Positions 24,456 to 36,970 of a stretch of DNA of 64,000 nucleotides are shown one piece after another. Both the position numbers and the translations under genes were made by a program. The notes under the pieces are model-generated. The model did no database searches. It saw only the letters and a program-made list of their open reading frames with translations, and was not told where the DNA came from. Source of the stretch: Eledone cirrhosa (taxonomy: Eukaryota); the NCBI GenBank assembly GCA_964016885.1, contig OZ024741.1, positions 81,158,001 through 81,222,000 of the forward strand. The letters run 5' to 3'. Position 1 is the first letter of the stretch. Each line of letters opens with the position of its first letter.

Positions 24456-24589
24456 AAAAAGAAAAAAAGATAGATAAAAAGGAGAAAAAAGCCACTGGTA
24501 TAGCTTTGCAGCCAATACTATATTATATATAACTGTACCCATAGATATAATTTTGTTTCTCCTGTTTGTGCAGCCAATTATATATATAG

Positions 24590-26818
24590 GGCTTGGTTAT
24601 CATACAATTCAGATATTCATTTTTTTCAGTGAAAATATCTTGGAAATCCATCCATTATGAACCTGTACACTTCTGTTTGCTTGCTGCTGTAGGATTTCCC
24701 CAAGCCAAGGTCCTACACAAAGCATCACATGTGTGCTTGACTCAGTCTGCTTTTTTCCCTCGCTAAGTGAGCACCTTCCCTAGCATTAGTCAAAAGATTT
24801 TCATCTTAAATAGTGTTTCTGTGTTTTTTTAAATTTAGTTAAATAACCCACCATGAGTTCAAAGCAAGTTCTGCGTACCAGCCCAAAGAAAAATACAATG
24901 AGAACCACAATAGAATTTTTAAAAGAACTTGTAGCAGATTAGGAAAGTGGTTCTTGCATGGCTGATCTTACTAGGATGTATCAACAATCAGCTTCATGCT
25001 GGCAAAAATAATTAAAGAAGCTGTGGTTGTGAAAGGTGTAAATATGCTGTTGAAATAAAGATTGCAAACAATGGAAGATGTTGAAAAGTTGTTGTTGGTG
25101 TGGTTAAATGAATAATAATTAGCAGGAGTTACTGTTTCTGAGGCAATTATTTGTGAAAAAGCAAGGCAGTTACATACGGACCTCTTGAAAGAAATGCCTG
25201 AAATGAGTGCTGAATTTAAGGCTAGTAGAGGCTGGTTCGAAAAATAAAAAAAGGAACTGGCCTACACAATGTGGTAAGGTATGGAGAAGCTGCCAGTTCA
25301 GACAAATGTGGGGCCGAGAATTTGTGAGTGAATTCAAGGATTACATAGAGGCTGAGAGATTCCTTCTTTGACAAGTATTCAGCTGTGATGAGACAGGCCT
25401 CTTTTCGGAAAAAATGCCAATAAGGACCTATATTTCACAGGAGGAGGAAAAGGATGGGCTAATTTATTTTGCTGTGTCGGAATGCTAGCGGAGGTTTTAA
25501 AGTTAAGCTTTTACTAGTGTATCATTCTGAAATTCTACAAGTGTTTAAAAAAACACAATGTAATTAAAAGTAAATTAAATATTAAGTGGAGACCCAACAG
25601 TAAGGAATGGGTGACAAGGCAAATTTTTATTATGTGGGTCCATGAAGCATTTGGACCTAGTATAAAAATATATCTCCTTGAAAATCAGTTGCCACTCAAG
25701 TGCCTCCTGATAAAGGACAATGCTCCTACTTATCCTCCAGGCTTGGATGACCAATTATTGGAAGAATTCAGTTTTTTTTACTGAGAAGTTCTTGCTCCCT
25801 AATACCACTCCTCTCATCCAGCCCATGGGCAAATTTTAAGAAATTGTACACGAAAGCACTATTTCAAAGGGGCTTTGAAGTGACCGCTGACACTCAATTA
25901 ACCCTAAGAGAGTTCTGAAAGAACGACATCAACATTTTAAATTACATAAAACTCAGACAAAGCTTGGGTAGGAGTGTCTTCCAGGATTATGAACTCTACC
26001 AGGAAGAAATTGTGGTGGCTAGAAAGTGTGCTACAAAAAGACTTTAAACACTTCGAGGCGGCTGAGGCTTAGAGCCCTACGCCTGATGTAGATACAATTT
26101 TGGTTTTGGGGAAGTCACTGGGCTTGGTTGTGAATGGGCAAGATGTGGAGGACTACAGGGAAGAGGTGGCCACTGAAGAACTCCAAGCCTTTCAGCTGGA
26201 GCAGCAACAAACAGCAGAATGTGCATTCTTCAGTGATTAACATTTGTTCAAAATAGAGTGATGTACAAAGTTTTGTTGAAAAATATCATCCTACCAAAAG
26301 TTGTTGCAAACTGCGTTGTAAACATGACAATGCCAATGCCCTTTCATATTTCAGGCAAATATTAACGTGGGGACAAAAACAAACCTCTCTGGACAGGTGT
26401 TTAGTGAGAGGGAATCAGTCAGTCTCAAGTAGGTTCTAGAGGCACAAAGAGATGAAGAAGGGAAATAACCCCAGAAAAAGACTTACCTAAGTCTTTATGG
26501 AGGGAGATTCCCCTTCCAAACAATGACACTTCTTGTCCCACCCCTCCCCACTGTCTTATATACACCAACAAGAGTTTTCAATAAACGTAAAGTAAAGTTA
26601 AATGTTCATTTATTCTACTTATTTGTCATTTATATTTATTATGTATTGTTTTCTGCATGTAAAACTATAGTTATTCTGTATAAAATGTATTTTCTGTTAA
26701 TATTTTTGGGTGTGTGGAACGGATTAATTGGATTTACATTATTTCTTACGGAAAATATTACCTCGATTTTCAGCCGACTTTCTAGAGCGGATTATGGCTG
26801 ATAACCGAGGTACCACTG
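24590..26818 (+). mobile_element. Tigger/pogo DNA transposon, heavily decayed
   Basis: Broken transposase from ~24853 (EKLLLVWLNE, IICEKARQLH, FKASRGWFEK, CDETGLF, DNAP, LLPNTTPLIQPM); 3' TIR GATAACCGAGGTACCACTG ends 26818; 5' end degenerate and approximate. Confidence 0.9.
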
Positions 26819-26959
26819 AGTGTATGGATGTGTGTGTGTGTGTGTGCATGTATGTATACCAATCATTGTCTTCGTTTCAATGTCTGCTTTCCCTGCTAGC
26901 AAGATATATAAATGTGTGTGTGCGTGTGTGTGTGCGTGTGCGCGCGTGCGTGCGTATGT

Positions 26960-27185
26960 GAAAGTAAACAGAAAACCGCACAACAAACGATATAGTGCAG
27001 TGGAAATATATATTAGCTTAACTCTTGATATAGTAGAAAAAAAGTCTTAATGTTTTGGACGCTAATCTTTCATCAGAAGATAGAATGAGGTATACAAAAT
27101 AAAAAAAAAATAGTAAGATAGAGGAGGGTGAAAAGAGGGACAAAGTTTTTTGAGAGAAAAAGCAGGTGTGTTCATTCAGCCATTT
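26960..27185 (-). mobile_element. Penelope-like terminal remnant with a degenerate hammerhead; second copy at 63750-63965
   Basis: Minus: TTCTGATGAAAGATTAGCGTCCAAAACATTAAGA; flanks align with 63750-63965. Confidence 0.55.
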
Positions 27186-29704
27186 TGGTGATATATATAT
27201 ATATATATTATGGGCCTTCGTGTAGCTTCCATCTATAAAATTTCAGCTACAAGGCATTAGTGAACCTAAGGCTATAGTAGAAGACACTTGCCCACATGAC
27301 TGCAATGTAAACTTCTCAACCACACATCCATGCAAGTGCCTAGAATAATTTTGCCTGGCACTCTAAGAATTTTACCAAACCAGGCCAGTAACAATTAATG
27401 ATAATGGCATCTAAATTATACACAGAGCCAGCAATTTTGGGACAGGATAAAGTCCATTAAATTGACTTTGCAAGGTCATGATAATAAAATAATTGTTTCT
27501 ACTTTTTGGCACAAGGCCAGCAATTACCCAGTGCATGACTGGTACTTTATTTTATCGTAGGAACAGTTCTCAAATAGGAAGGGAAAGCACAGTAATTACA
27601 GGGAAAATCCCCCACAATATCCTGGATTACTTTGCCGTCTTAAGGGCACTGAGAATACCTTCTGATTCTTTTCTTCATTCTTAGAAAAGCATAGTCAAAG
27701 TAGGCCTATTCAACCATGTCAATCTCACCACTCTGGCACCATCTTTTTGGCTGCCTTAGTAATAATAATACTAGCAAAAACTAGCTTTCATATGAATTGA
27801 TCTTCGAAGAATAACTGATGTCTCAAACAGCAAGCCCTTTTCATCCTCCTTCTCACGACTAACACACCATCCACCCACCCACACAGTCATCCCCTGCTTT
27901 AGTTCCTGATTGTAGAGTAGAGATAAAATTACATCTAAAAAGAAAGAAATTAAGCTCTCCTTTGTAACAAAAATCTCTCTATAATATATATATACAGAGA
28001 GAGAGAAAGAGAGAGAGAGAGACACGTATATGAAAGAGAAATAAGTAGGGAGTAAGTGATTTACGTCAAAACATATCTATAATGGTAATTTACTCCAAAC
28101 AGAAATAATAGCTGCGCTGTCAAGAATTACACAGACTTACAACTGATTAAGCTGTGTGGAGTTACCTTCCATAGATTACTCCACCACTGCATTGCTGCAT
28201 TACACTCCCACAACCACCACCTTTTATATTCTTTATTTTTGTATTGCTGAATGACGCTGCACATTTTACATACAGAATTACAGAGATATATGCACATGCA
28301 TACATACTGCACATACAAACAGGCACATATATACATGACATGCGCACATACACCAAGATATATTCATACACACAGAGCTTATTATATTTATTACTAATTC
28401 TACAGAGATACATCATTTTCTATTTTTTCTTTGTGTACATATGTGTGTGTGTGTGTGTGTGTGAGTGTGTGCCTGTATGTGTATATATTACTCTAAAGAT
28501 TTACTGAGATAAGTGAGCCAAGACACTCTAGAATTTCAGAATTCTTACATACTCTGATCTTATTATTATTTTATATTTCTTGTTTTACTCTTTAACAATC
28601 TAACTATAGATCCTTCTCACATTTTCGATTAAATATATATATTTATTTATTTAATCTAATATATATATATATAGATGTATATGTTCATATGGGAATGTGA
28701 GAGTATGTATGTGTATACATCTCACACACACACGCACTCTCTGTCTCTCTCTCCACACACACATATATATAGGTTGGAATATACGCTCTGCAAAGTGGTT
28801 GGAATTAAGGAGAGCATCCAGCTGTAGAAACCATGCCAAAATATGAGTCATATGAGCAAGATGTGGTTCTTTGACCAGTTTAGTCATGGACCACGATAAC
28901 CTATCCAATCCATGCCAGCATGGAAAGTGGACATAAAACGAGGATTTATATATACAAATAGTCTTGCTCTCTACACATAATAATGGGGAAAATTTCAATC
29001 ACCTGAAAACTTCCTTCAAATGTATTCAGACTGTGAGAAGATAGCATTGGGGATGAGGTGGGGGGGGGGGGGACTTACATAACATGAGCTGATCCAAGCT
29101 TTTTGGGACATTTCTATACCATATAGTGCAAGTAAACCTTGTCTTTATCAACTGCCCCCTCCCCACCACCACCTCCTCAAAGGGAGTCTTGATATTGAAA
29201 TTGCAAGTATAGACTTATTTTCCCCCCTACTTGCTTTATTCAGAATGTGAGACACAACAGTGAAGTTCAGTTGGTATTATTTCATGTCCTCTTTTACTTG
29301 GTCCTCATCTTCATCATCTGGAGAGGCAGGTGTCAAAGATCTCTATCTTTTTATCTATCTATCTATCTACTTATCTATATGTATGTGTACACACAAATAC
29401 ATACATTCATAGTTGCAAATGAGAAGGTACATGTACGTGGATGGTATGCTATACGGTTGCAAGGATAAGCCAGTTCAAGTGATCCAAAAGCACTTCACAT
29501 CAGTAGTTTATTCAAGCTAAAAGTTGTTGGCATCACAACAGGGTGGTAATACATAACCAGCGACATATCCCCATGATTGCATAACTGCACCTTTTGATTG
29601 TATCAGAATCTGATGAAGTCATATGCATAACCATGTCAAAGAAATATATATCATGCAATAAAGCAACTATGGTGAAGTAACTCAGTCTTAACAACTTTTA
29701 ATTA

Positions 29705-29736
<32 letters not shown>

Positions 29737-29738
<2 letters not shown>

Positions 29739-30550
29739 CAGCTGAAGTACCTGGTGTTGACTGGGTTAAAGAAAAGTAATGAAATTACATTCAAAACTTT
29801 TTCTAGGATATATTCTAATATAGCTATGTCTTTTATGTATAATATCTTTTAGTTGCAATATGATTTCACACTTAGTTTCTTTATTCCTTTCATATCTTGT
29901 CTGTGCTTGGGTTTTTCATATCACTGATGAAATACAGTTGTAACTACTTTTGATCTTCTGAAAATGGCTGAAGTGGTCCGATTCTGTGGTACACATGGCC
30001 TTGTATCTTGAAAGTGGTCAGAAAGCCATCTTCATTGATGACATTTGCACGAAATGAAGTCATTTGAAATGTCTTAATGTATTTCTGGTTATTTTGAAGA
30101 AAGTGTCTTGATTTAGTAGTTGTACCAATCAGCAGTCCCCTCAAGGGTTCCGATAACAGTCTAAACTTATAATTTTTCCATTTAAACAGCACAATCCAGT
30201 TGACTTTCCATTCCATTTTTTAGCACCACAATTAGGACAAATTTTGTTCGATGAGGAAATTAGAATTAAACATTTTGAGGCATAGTCTTGATGTGGATTG
30301 TAACTAAAAGTAGCAAAGTTCCACTTGGCAACATTTTAAGATTGTAAATCTTCTGTTCTTGCTCTCTGTTCATATAGCTTTTGAGTTGTTTGAGCTTCAG
30401 TTACTTCAAGCCACCTTTGTTCTATTTCTCTCCATTGTCCTCTTCAGCAAACCTTTTTGATCATTGTTTTTCTGATTCATCCTGTCTAGTCAGTGCACCT
30501 CTTATTCTTTCTTGTTGAAGCCTTGATGATCTTTGTGCATCTGATTCCGT
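29737..30550 (-). mobile_element. Helitron remnant (RepHel N-terminal region joined to the 3' terminus)
   Basis: ORF 29944-30216 FQMTSFRAN..GFLTTFKIQGHVYHRIGPLQP is a Helitron N-terminal motif; decayed 3' hairpin and CTAG-like end at ~29737-29765. Confidence 0.85.
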
Positions 30551-30624
30551 GTGTGTGTGTATAAATAAATAAATATATATATACATACATATATATATAA
30601 ATAATAGATAGATAGATAGATATA

Positions 30625-30790
30625 TGCTGAAGATACTTCAACCACTTTCAGAGGAAGAACCAAAATATTTACAACAGTATTTCATTAGTGATATGAAAAC
30701 CCAAGCACAGATAAGATATGAAAGAAATAAAGAAACTAAGTATAAAATCATATTGCAACTAATAGATATGTTACATAAAAGAAACAACCT
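30625..30790 (+). mobile_element. Helitron RepHel fragment in the opposite orientation
   Basis: LQPLSEEEPKYLQQYFISDMKTQAQIRYERNKETKYKIILQLIDMLH overlaps and continues the motif in the minus copy at ~29860-29975. Confidence 0.75.
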
Positions 30791-31302
30791 AAAAAAAAAA
30801 AAAAAAAAAGAAAAGAAACAACTATATTAGAAGTTTCAAATATATCTGAGAAAAAGTTTTGAATGAAGGACATCCAGCTGTAGAAACAAACTCCAAAATC
30901 AGTTCTGTATGAACAAGATATGTTCATCAACACGTCTAACTCATGCTAGTGTGGAAAAATGGAGGTTAAACAGTGATGATGATGATGATATATATATATT
31001 CACACAAAGTTAGGCTGATTATGGAGAAGTGATGCTACAGCTGTGAAATCTTGCATGCATTAATTTCAGTGAGGAAAAACCTATTACTGAGTCTAAGGAA
31101 CTCACATGCCAAGTTCGAACATGAACGATCCGCTGGTTTTTAAGTGCATTAAAGACAAAGAAACAAATGAGGTATTTTATTATTAATGTTATATATATAT
31201 ATATATATGCAGAGGTTATATTTAATTTGTTGGGATTCAACAAGCTTAAACATTTTTTTTATAACTGATATAAAGCACTCAACAAGTTAGTGGAGTAAAT
31301 AT

Positions 31303-31669
31303 ACAATATATTAATAAATGGAAACTATATTTATAAAACCGTAATTATTTTATTATATATATTTCAAGGGCGACCAAAGTAAATTAATGTGCGCTTTCAT
31401 CAGATAAAATACAGATTTGTTTTATAAATAAATATTGACATACTCGGAAAAAAGACCACCTCAACGGTTGAAATTCGCTGGATAGTCTATCCAGCGAATT
31501 TCAACCGTTGAGGTGGTCTTTTTTCCGAGTATGTCAATATTTATTTATAAAACAAATCTGTATTTTATCTGATGAAAGCGCACATTAATTTACTTTGGTC
31601 GCCCTTGAAATATATATAATAAAATAATTACGGTTTTATAAATATAGTTTTCATTTATTAATATATTGT
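31303..31669. repeat. 367-bp near-perfect palindrome (183-bp arms, 1-nt spacer at 31486) containing a hammerhead-like motif in each arm
   Basis: Centre ...TTCGCTGGATAG-T-CTATCCAGCGAA...; one mismatch seen (31321/31651). Confidence 0.97.
31561..31626 (+). ncRNA. Candidate minimal type-I hammerhead ribozyme (Penelope-type)
   Basis: TATTTTAT-CTGATGA-AAG..(stem II)..CTT-GAAA-TATATA-TA-ATAAAATA: 8-bp stem I, intact CUGAUGA and GAAA, palindromic stem III, UA cleavage site; mirror copy on the minus strand at 31346-31411. Confidence 0.6.
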
Positions 31670-32239
31670 GTATATATATACACACACACACACATATATT
31701 TCACATACACACACACACATATGTTAATACAAAGTATGAGTACTACACTAAAAACTGCCAGTTTTATACAAATTACTTCTTTCCTCAATGATAAGAAATC
31801 ACACTGAAATACATACATACATACATACACACATATTATATTATATATACATACATACATGTGTATACATGTTTGTGTCTTGTATGCACACATATACATA
31901 AATATTGATATATATGTATATATGACGCACAAATACACTGTTTAGTGAGCAAGGTAGTTAATATCATTATATATGTGAATTAATAGTATTAGAATATGTA
32001 GTGCTTCAAAACCATACAGAAATTCCTTAATTAATCTCATCACTTTTAACTATGAACTTCATTATAGAGATTGCAGATGTTATAAGAGCATCAGAGGGAA
32101 GCTGTTCTTGTTGCTGTCACTGTTTAACCCCAGGTCTTCTTTATTTCACGACACTTATAACTAAACACGTTCAAATCACAACGATTAAGTTTTTTTATAT
32201 CTCAAACATATTTTTTCTGAACCTACGAATCTATACACA

Positions 32240-32761
32240 TCTATATATATATAAAAAAACTGAGGATGTCTGTCTGTCTGTGTGTGTGTGTGTGTGCGTG
32301 CGTGCATGTGTGAGTTTGAATCCCTAAAACTCGAGAAGTACCCAACCGATTTTTTTCAAACTTTACATGTGTATTACTTATGTTTTAGGGAGTGTTATGC
32401 ACATACAATTCAACTTTTTGATCTCCTTAGGTGAACAAGTGTGTTTTTTCAGCTTTTTAGGGGTTTTTTGAGGCATTACGTCAGACCGATTTCCTTGAAA
32501 TTGTAACTATGTATTAGTCAGTCTCTTCTTCATACCGAGCAAAGAAAATCCAACTTTTTTATGGCCTAGGGCCCGCATTAGGTGAAAACCTGCATTTTTC
32601 CTGCTTCATCAAGGAAAATCTTAAAGATTATCCAGCCAACAGAGTATTCGGTTTATTTTCTTTACATATTGTCCAGGCATGCAGTTTTTCCACGATTAGG
32701 CCTGTTGGCGGCACGTGTTCCAAAATACCTTATCCCATGCAATGCCGGGTACCACTGCTAG
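32240..32761 (+). mobile_element. Non-autonomous Helitron
   Basis: A|TCTATATATATATAAAA start, (GTCT)/(GT) microsatellite, AACCGATTTTTTTCAAACTTT motif, 3' CCCATGCAATGCCGGG hairpin then CTAG|T. Confidence 0.85.
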
Positions 32762-33819
32762 TATATAATAAAAATCCATTAATCTGATTATATTTTTTTA
32801 CCATTTTGATAACAACATGGTCAAAACTGGCTCTGGTTCTATGAAAGAAAGTCACATTTTAAAGAGTTTGTATTTAAATTAAAATCTTCCATCATAAATT
32901 TATATATCAACCGTAAGTTAAGTTACTAGATAGTAATGAAATAATTAATCATTCAAAATTCTTTATTAGTTAATTAAAAGTGTGGTCACGAAAAGGTCAA
33001 ACTGTGATCATACTATGTCTGTCTCAGTACCTGTGTAAAAATGCCATACATATGTATATCAGGATATTTATACACCTTAGCAAAACTTCCTTACTACATG
33101 ATAATGTGGTACGAAAGACAATACCATCTTATAGATTTTGCAAATAAATTATTTTTGGTAAAAGTTTATTTACATACCATGCAAGCTTGACTGGCTAGTA
33201 TTATTTAGAGTGGTAGATTGGCAGAATTATTAGAGCATTGGGAAAATACTTTGTGGCATTCGGAGTTCAAATTCTGATGAGGTCAACTTTGCCATTGGTA
33301 TTTTATTTTATCAACCCTGAAAAGATGAGTCACATACTTGGTCAATGTACTCATATTTTTCCTCCCACTAAACTAGAAATTATCTAATGATATTACTATC
33401 AAAATGTGATTCACAATAAAGGTGTGCACAGACTCATATAAAATATGTTCATGTAATAATAAACATACATTTAGTCAAGCTCTGAGTATTTTCAGTTGTG
33501 ATACCTCAGTATCTGTGTAAGAGTAGTATATACACACATTTCAATGTTATTACTCATTGTCAGCATTTGCTTAGTTAGACAAAGATACTGAGATATGAAA
33601 AACAATAGATACTCAGCATAAGTAAGCTAGTGCTGACGATGGGTAAGAACTTTGAAATACATGTATACAGAACTCCTGCACCAACACTGAAGTAGCTCTG
33701 ATATAATCACGGTTGAAGATCATACTAACATCAAGATTATTATCATAAATATTATCACTGTAAGTAAATTACTATGACTAATGTTTCAAAGAAATTTCCA
33801 ATTATTTTTTCTGAGTACT

Positions 33820-33955
33820 ATCAGCAACATCATCAGAACCATCACTACCATTATCACTATCATCATTCCCATCATCACCAGGACTGCCAGCAACATCATC
33901 CCCACCACCAGCACCATCATTGCCATCACATTCACCACCATCAAGATCATCAGTA
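33820..33955. repeat. Degenerate (CAT/CAC)n repeat
   Basis: Direct inspection. Confidence 0.85.
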
Positions 33956-34372
33956 ACAGTGTTAAGATTTCTTTTATCAGTGGATTTGCCTCAAGTCAGA
34001 CTTATACACAAGTTTTTCTCATTATTCTGTTTATTAAATGAATACCATAAATACATGTATACACACACACACACACACACACATATATAAACCAGGAAAT
34101 ACATACACTCACAAACACATATATTTAAAAAGCCCCATACAACCCATGCCAACAGAGAAAAATAGACATAAAAATGACGATATATATATGTGCATGTATG
34201 TGTGTATATATACACACATGCGCACACATCTTTTTTTGTCTATTAATGACTAGTTTACAGTTTTATGAATTTGTTTCATCTCTCATGGTCTTTTCAAAAC
34301 TGTATAAGCATACTACATATACATACATACATAAACACACACACATACACATACATGCACACAGACAGACAG

Positions 34373-34435
<63 letters not shown>

Positions 34436-34921
34436 CATATACACAACAGTTTTGCAATTACTCCCAGATACTATCTATCTCCCTCTGCATATTGCCACCT
34501 ATGACATCCACACACAAGATCGACAAAAAACAATTTCCTTATAAGATTACTTTATTATAGTTTATTCAACTGAAGTTTCCATGTACTATTAACATATTTT
34601 AAAAAATTTCTTTCCATCAATTAACAGCAGCAGTAATAATGATATTAGTGACAATAATTATTCAGATAAAGTCTATTCTTATTATCGTGAAAAAAAAAAA
34701 AAAAAAAAAAGAAATTTGCTGCTCACACCTATGTAGGTTTAGCTGGTTTCCTATGAGTTTACACACCATGGGAGGTTTCTCGGTTGTTTTAACCCTTTCG
34801 TTACAGTATTTCTAAAATTATTAATTGTCATTTCTAAGTAACTCAAGATATGGTTACCCATTAAAATGGGAAGTTTTGTTTCATAGAACCAGGTCACGTG
34901 CCTTCACAATGTCTCTCTCTC

Positions 34922-35497
34922 TCTTAAGTGTCGTTGGCAGTCAAGGTGATGTCTTGCCACCTCACTTCTTCCCTGAGGGCCTCAAGCTGAACACCTATGA
35001 TTACATCCGCGTTCTGAGCGAGGTAGTAAAGCCCTGGATCGACCAGGTAGCTGCAGGTAGGCCGTACGTGTGGCAGCAAGACTCAGCGCCCTGCCATACC
35101 AGCCGAAAGACCCAAGCCTGAATGTCAGAGAACTTCGTCGACCACACTTCACCTGACATCTGGCCTCCCAGCTCGCCTGACTGCAACCACCTCGACTTCT
35201 TTGTGTGGGGCGCAGTGGAACGAGACACCAACAGATCTAGCTGCAATACGAAAGACAATCTGAAGGCCAAGATCACAAGTGCCTTTAGGGGCCTAAGTTG
35301 GGGGACAGTGACGAAGGCCTGTAGCTGGTTCCGAGGCCGCCTTGAGGCCGTCATCAAAGCCAATAGCGGGTTTATCGAGTGAGATCGAAAGAACAAGCCA
35401 TGAAGACAAACTGACCCGAGTTAAATCTTAAAAAATAAAACTACTGCGTTATTTTTTCCTCGGCAGTAATCTTGCGAACCAATGTTGTCCCACCCTG
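34922..35497 (+). mobile_element. 3' half of a DD37D (maT) transposon
   Basis: WQQDSAPCH..SPDCNHLDFFVWG with an internal stop at 35119-35121; closely matches the reverse complement of 42949-43530; TIR ...CCCACCCTG. Confidence 0.93.
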
Positions 35498-35518
35498 TGT
35501 ATATATATATATATATAT

Positions 35519-35865
35519 GGCGGCACATGGCTTAGTGGTTAGAGCATTGGCCTTGCAATTGAAAGGTTGGGAGTTCAATTCTCAGACCGGGTGATGTGTT
35601 GTTTCCTTGAGCAAGACACTTTATTTCACGTTGCTCCAGTTTACTCAGCTGTAGAAATGAGATGATAGGGACTGGGGTCCATATCATTCCACTGCAAAGT
35701 GGTCATGGAGGTGCCACGGCAAAAAAGCACCCAGCACTCACTGTAAATGAGGCTGGTGTTAGGAAGGGCATCCAGCTGTAGAAATCAAGCCAGCATCAGT
35801 TCCCGTCCCACCCTTGCAAGCAGGGAAAAAGCGGACGTAAAATGAAATGATGATGATGATGATGA
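35519..35865 (+). mobile_element. SINE family A, full length
   Basis: Matches 16522-16869 and 54378-54724. Confidence 0.93.
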
Positions 35866-35877
35866 TATATATATATA

Positions 35878-36229
<352 letters not shown>

Positions 36230-36440
36230 TTGACGTGTAGGCGCCACGGAAAAAGCACCCAGCACTCACTGTAAATGAGGTTGGTGTTAGGAAGGGCATC
36301 CAGCTGTAGAAATCAAGCCAAAATCAGTTCCTGTACGAGCAAGGCATGGTCAGCCGACCAGACACTGCCCACAACAGGACAACCCGTCTAACCCATGCTA
36401 GAATGGAAGAACGGACATAAAATGGTGATGATGATGATGA
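36230..36440 (+). mobile_element. RTE 3' UTR-only insertion (family of 49049-51561)
   Basis: Near-identical to ~51355-51561. Confidence 0.92.
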
Positions 36441-36970
36441 CACACACGCACAATAATATCTAGTTAAACAAGGCTAACACCTTGTATGAAATTGCTAATT
36501 TGTTTTCAACTATAAAAGAGCAATTCCCCCACACACCACACCACACACAGTGTTTCATAGTCACTTCACAGTGTCTTGTCTTTGAAAGGTGGCTAAATAA
36601 GCAAGTAATTGCTATCATTTATCAGGTATTGATCATCTTAATTATCTTTGGTTAAGTTGCCGCCAAAGGCAGTGGCCAATTGAAATCAGTTTGAAACTGC
36701 TGCTCTTGTAGTGTTTATTGTTGTTGTTAGTTGGCCAGAGAAGAAATGTTTCAAAAGACCATCAATTTTACACCTCAGAAACAATATTTACTGTCAGTCT
36801 GTCTGCTTACTTATTTGTCTACCTATCTGCCTATTTGTCTGTCTGTCCACCTATCAGCCCATTTGCCTGTCTGTCCACCTATTTGGCTATGTGCCTGTCT
36901 GTCAGTCCACTTATCTGCCTATCTATTTGTCTGTCAGTCCACCTATCAATCTATCTATTTGTCTGTCAGT

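Noticed and set aside
33270-33295. CTGATGAG as a hammerhead core
   Set aside because: It is a mutated CCGCCGAGGTC segment of SINE B, with no GAAA or stems
36731-36970. N-terminal Cys/Leu-rich extension on Tx1 ORF2
   Set aside because: Read-through from the flanking CTAT/CTGT microsatellite upstream of the TSD
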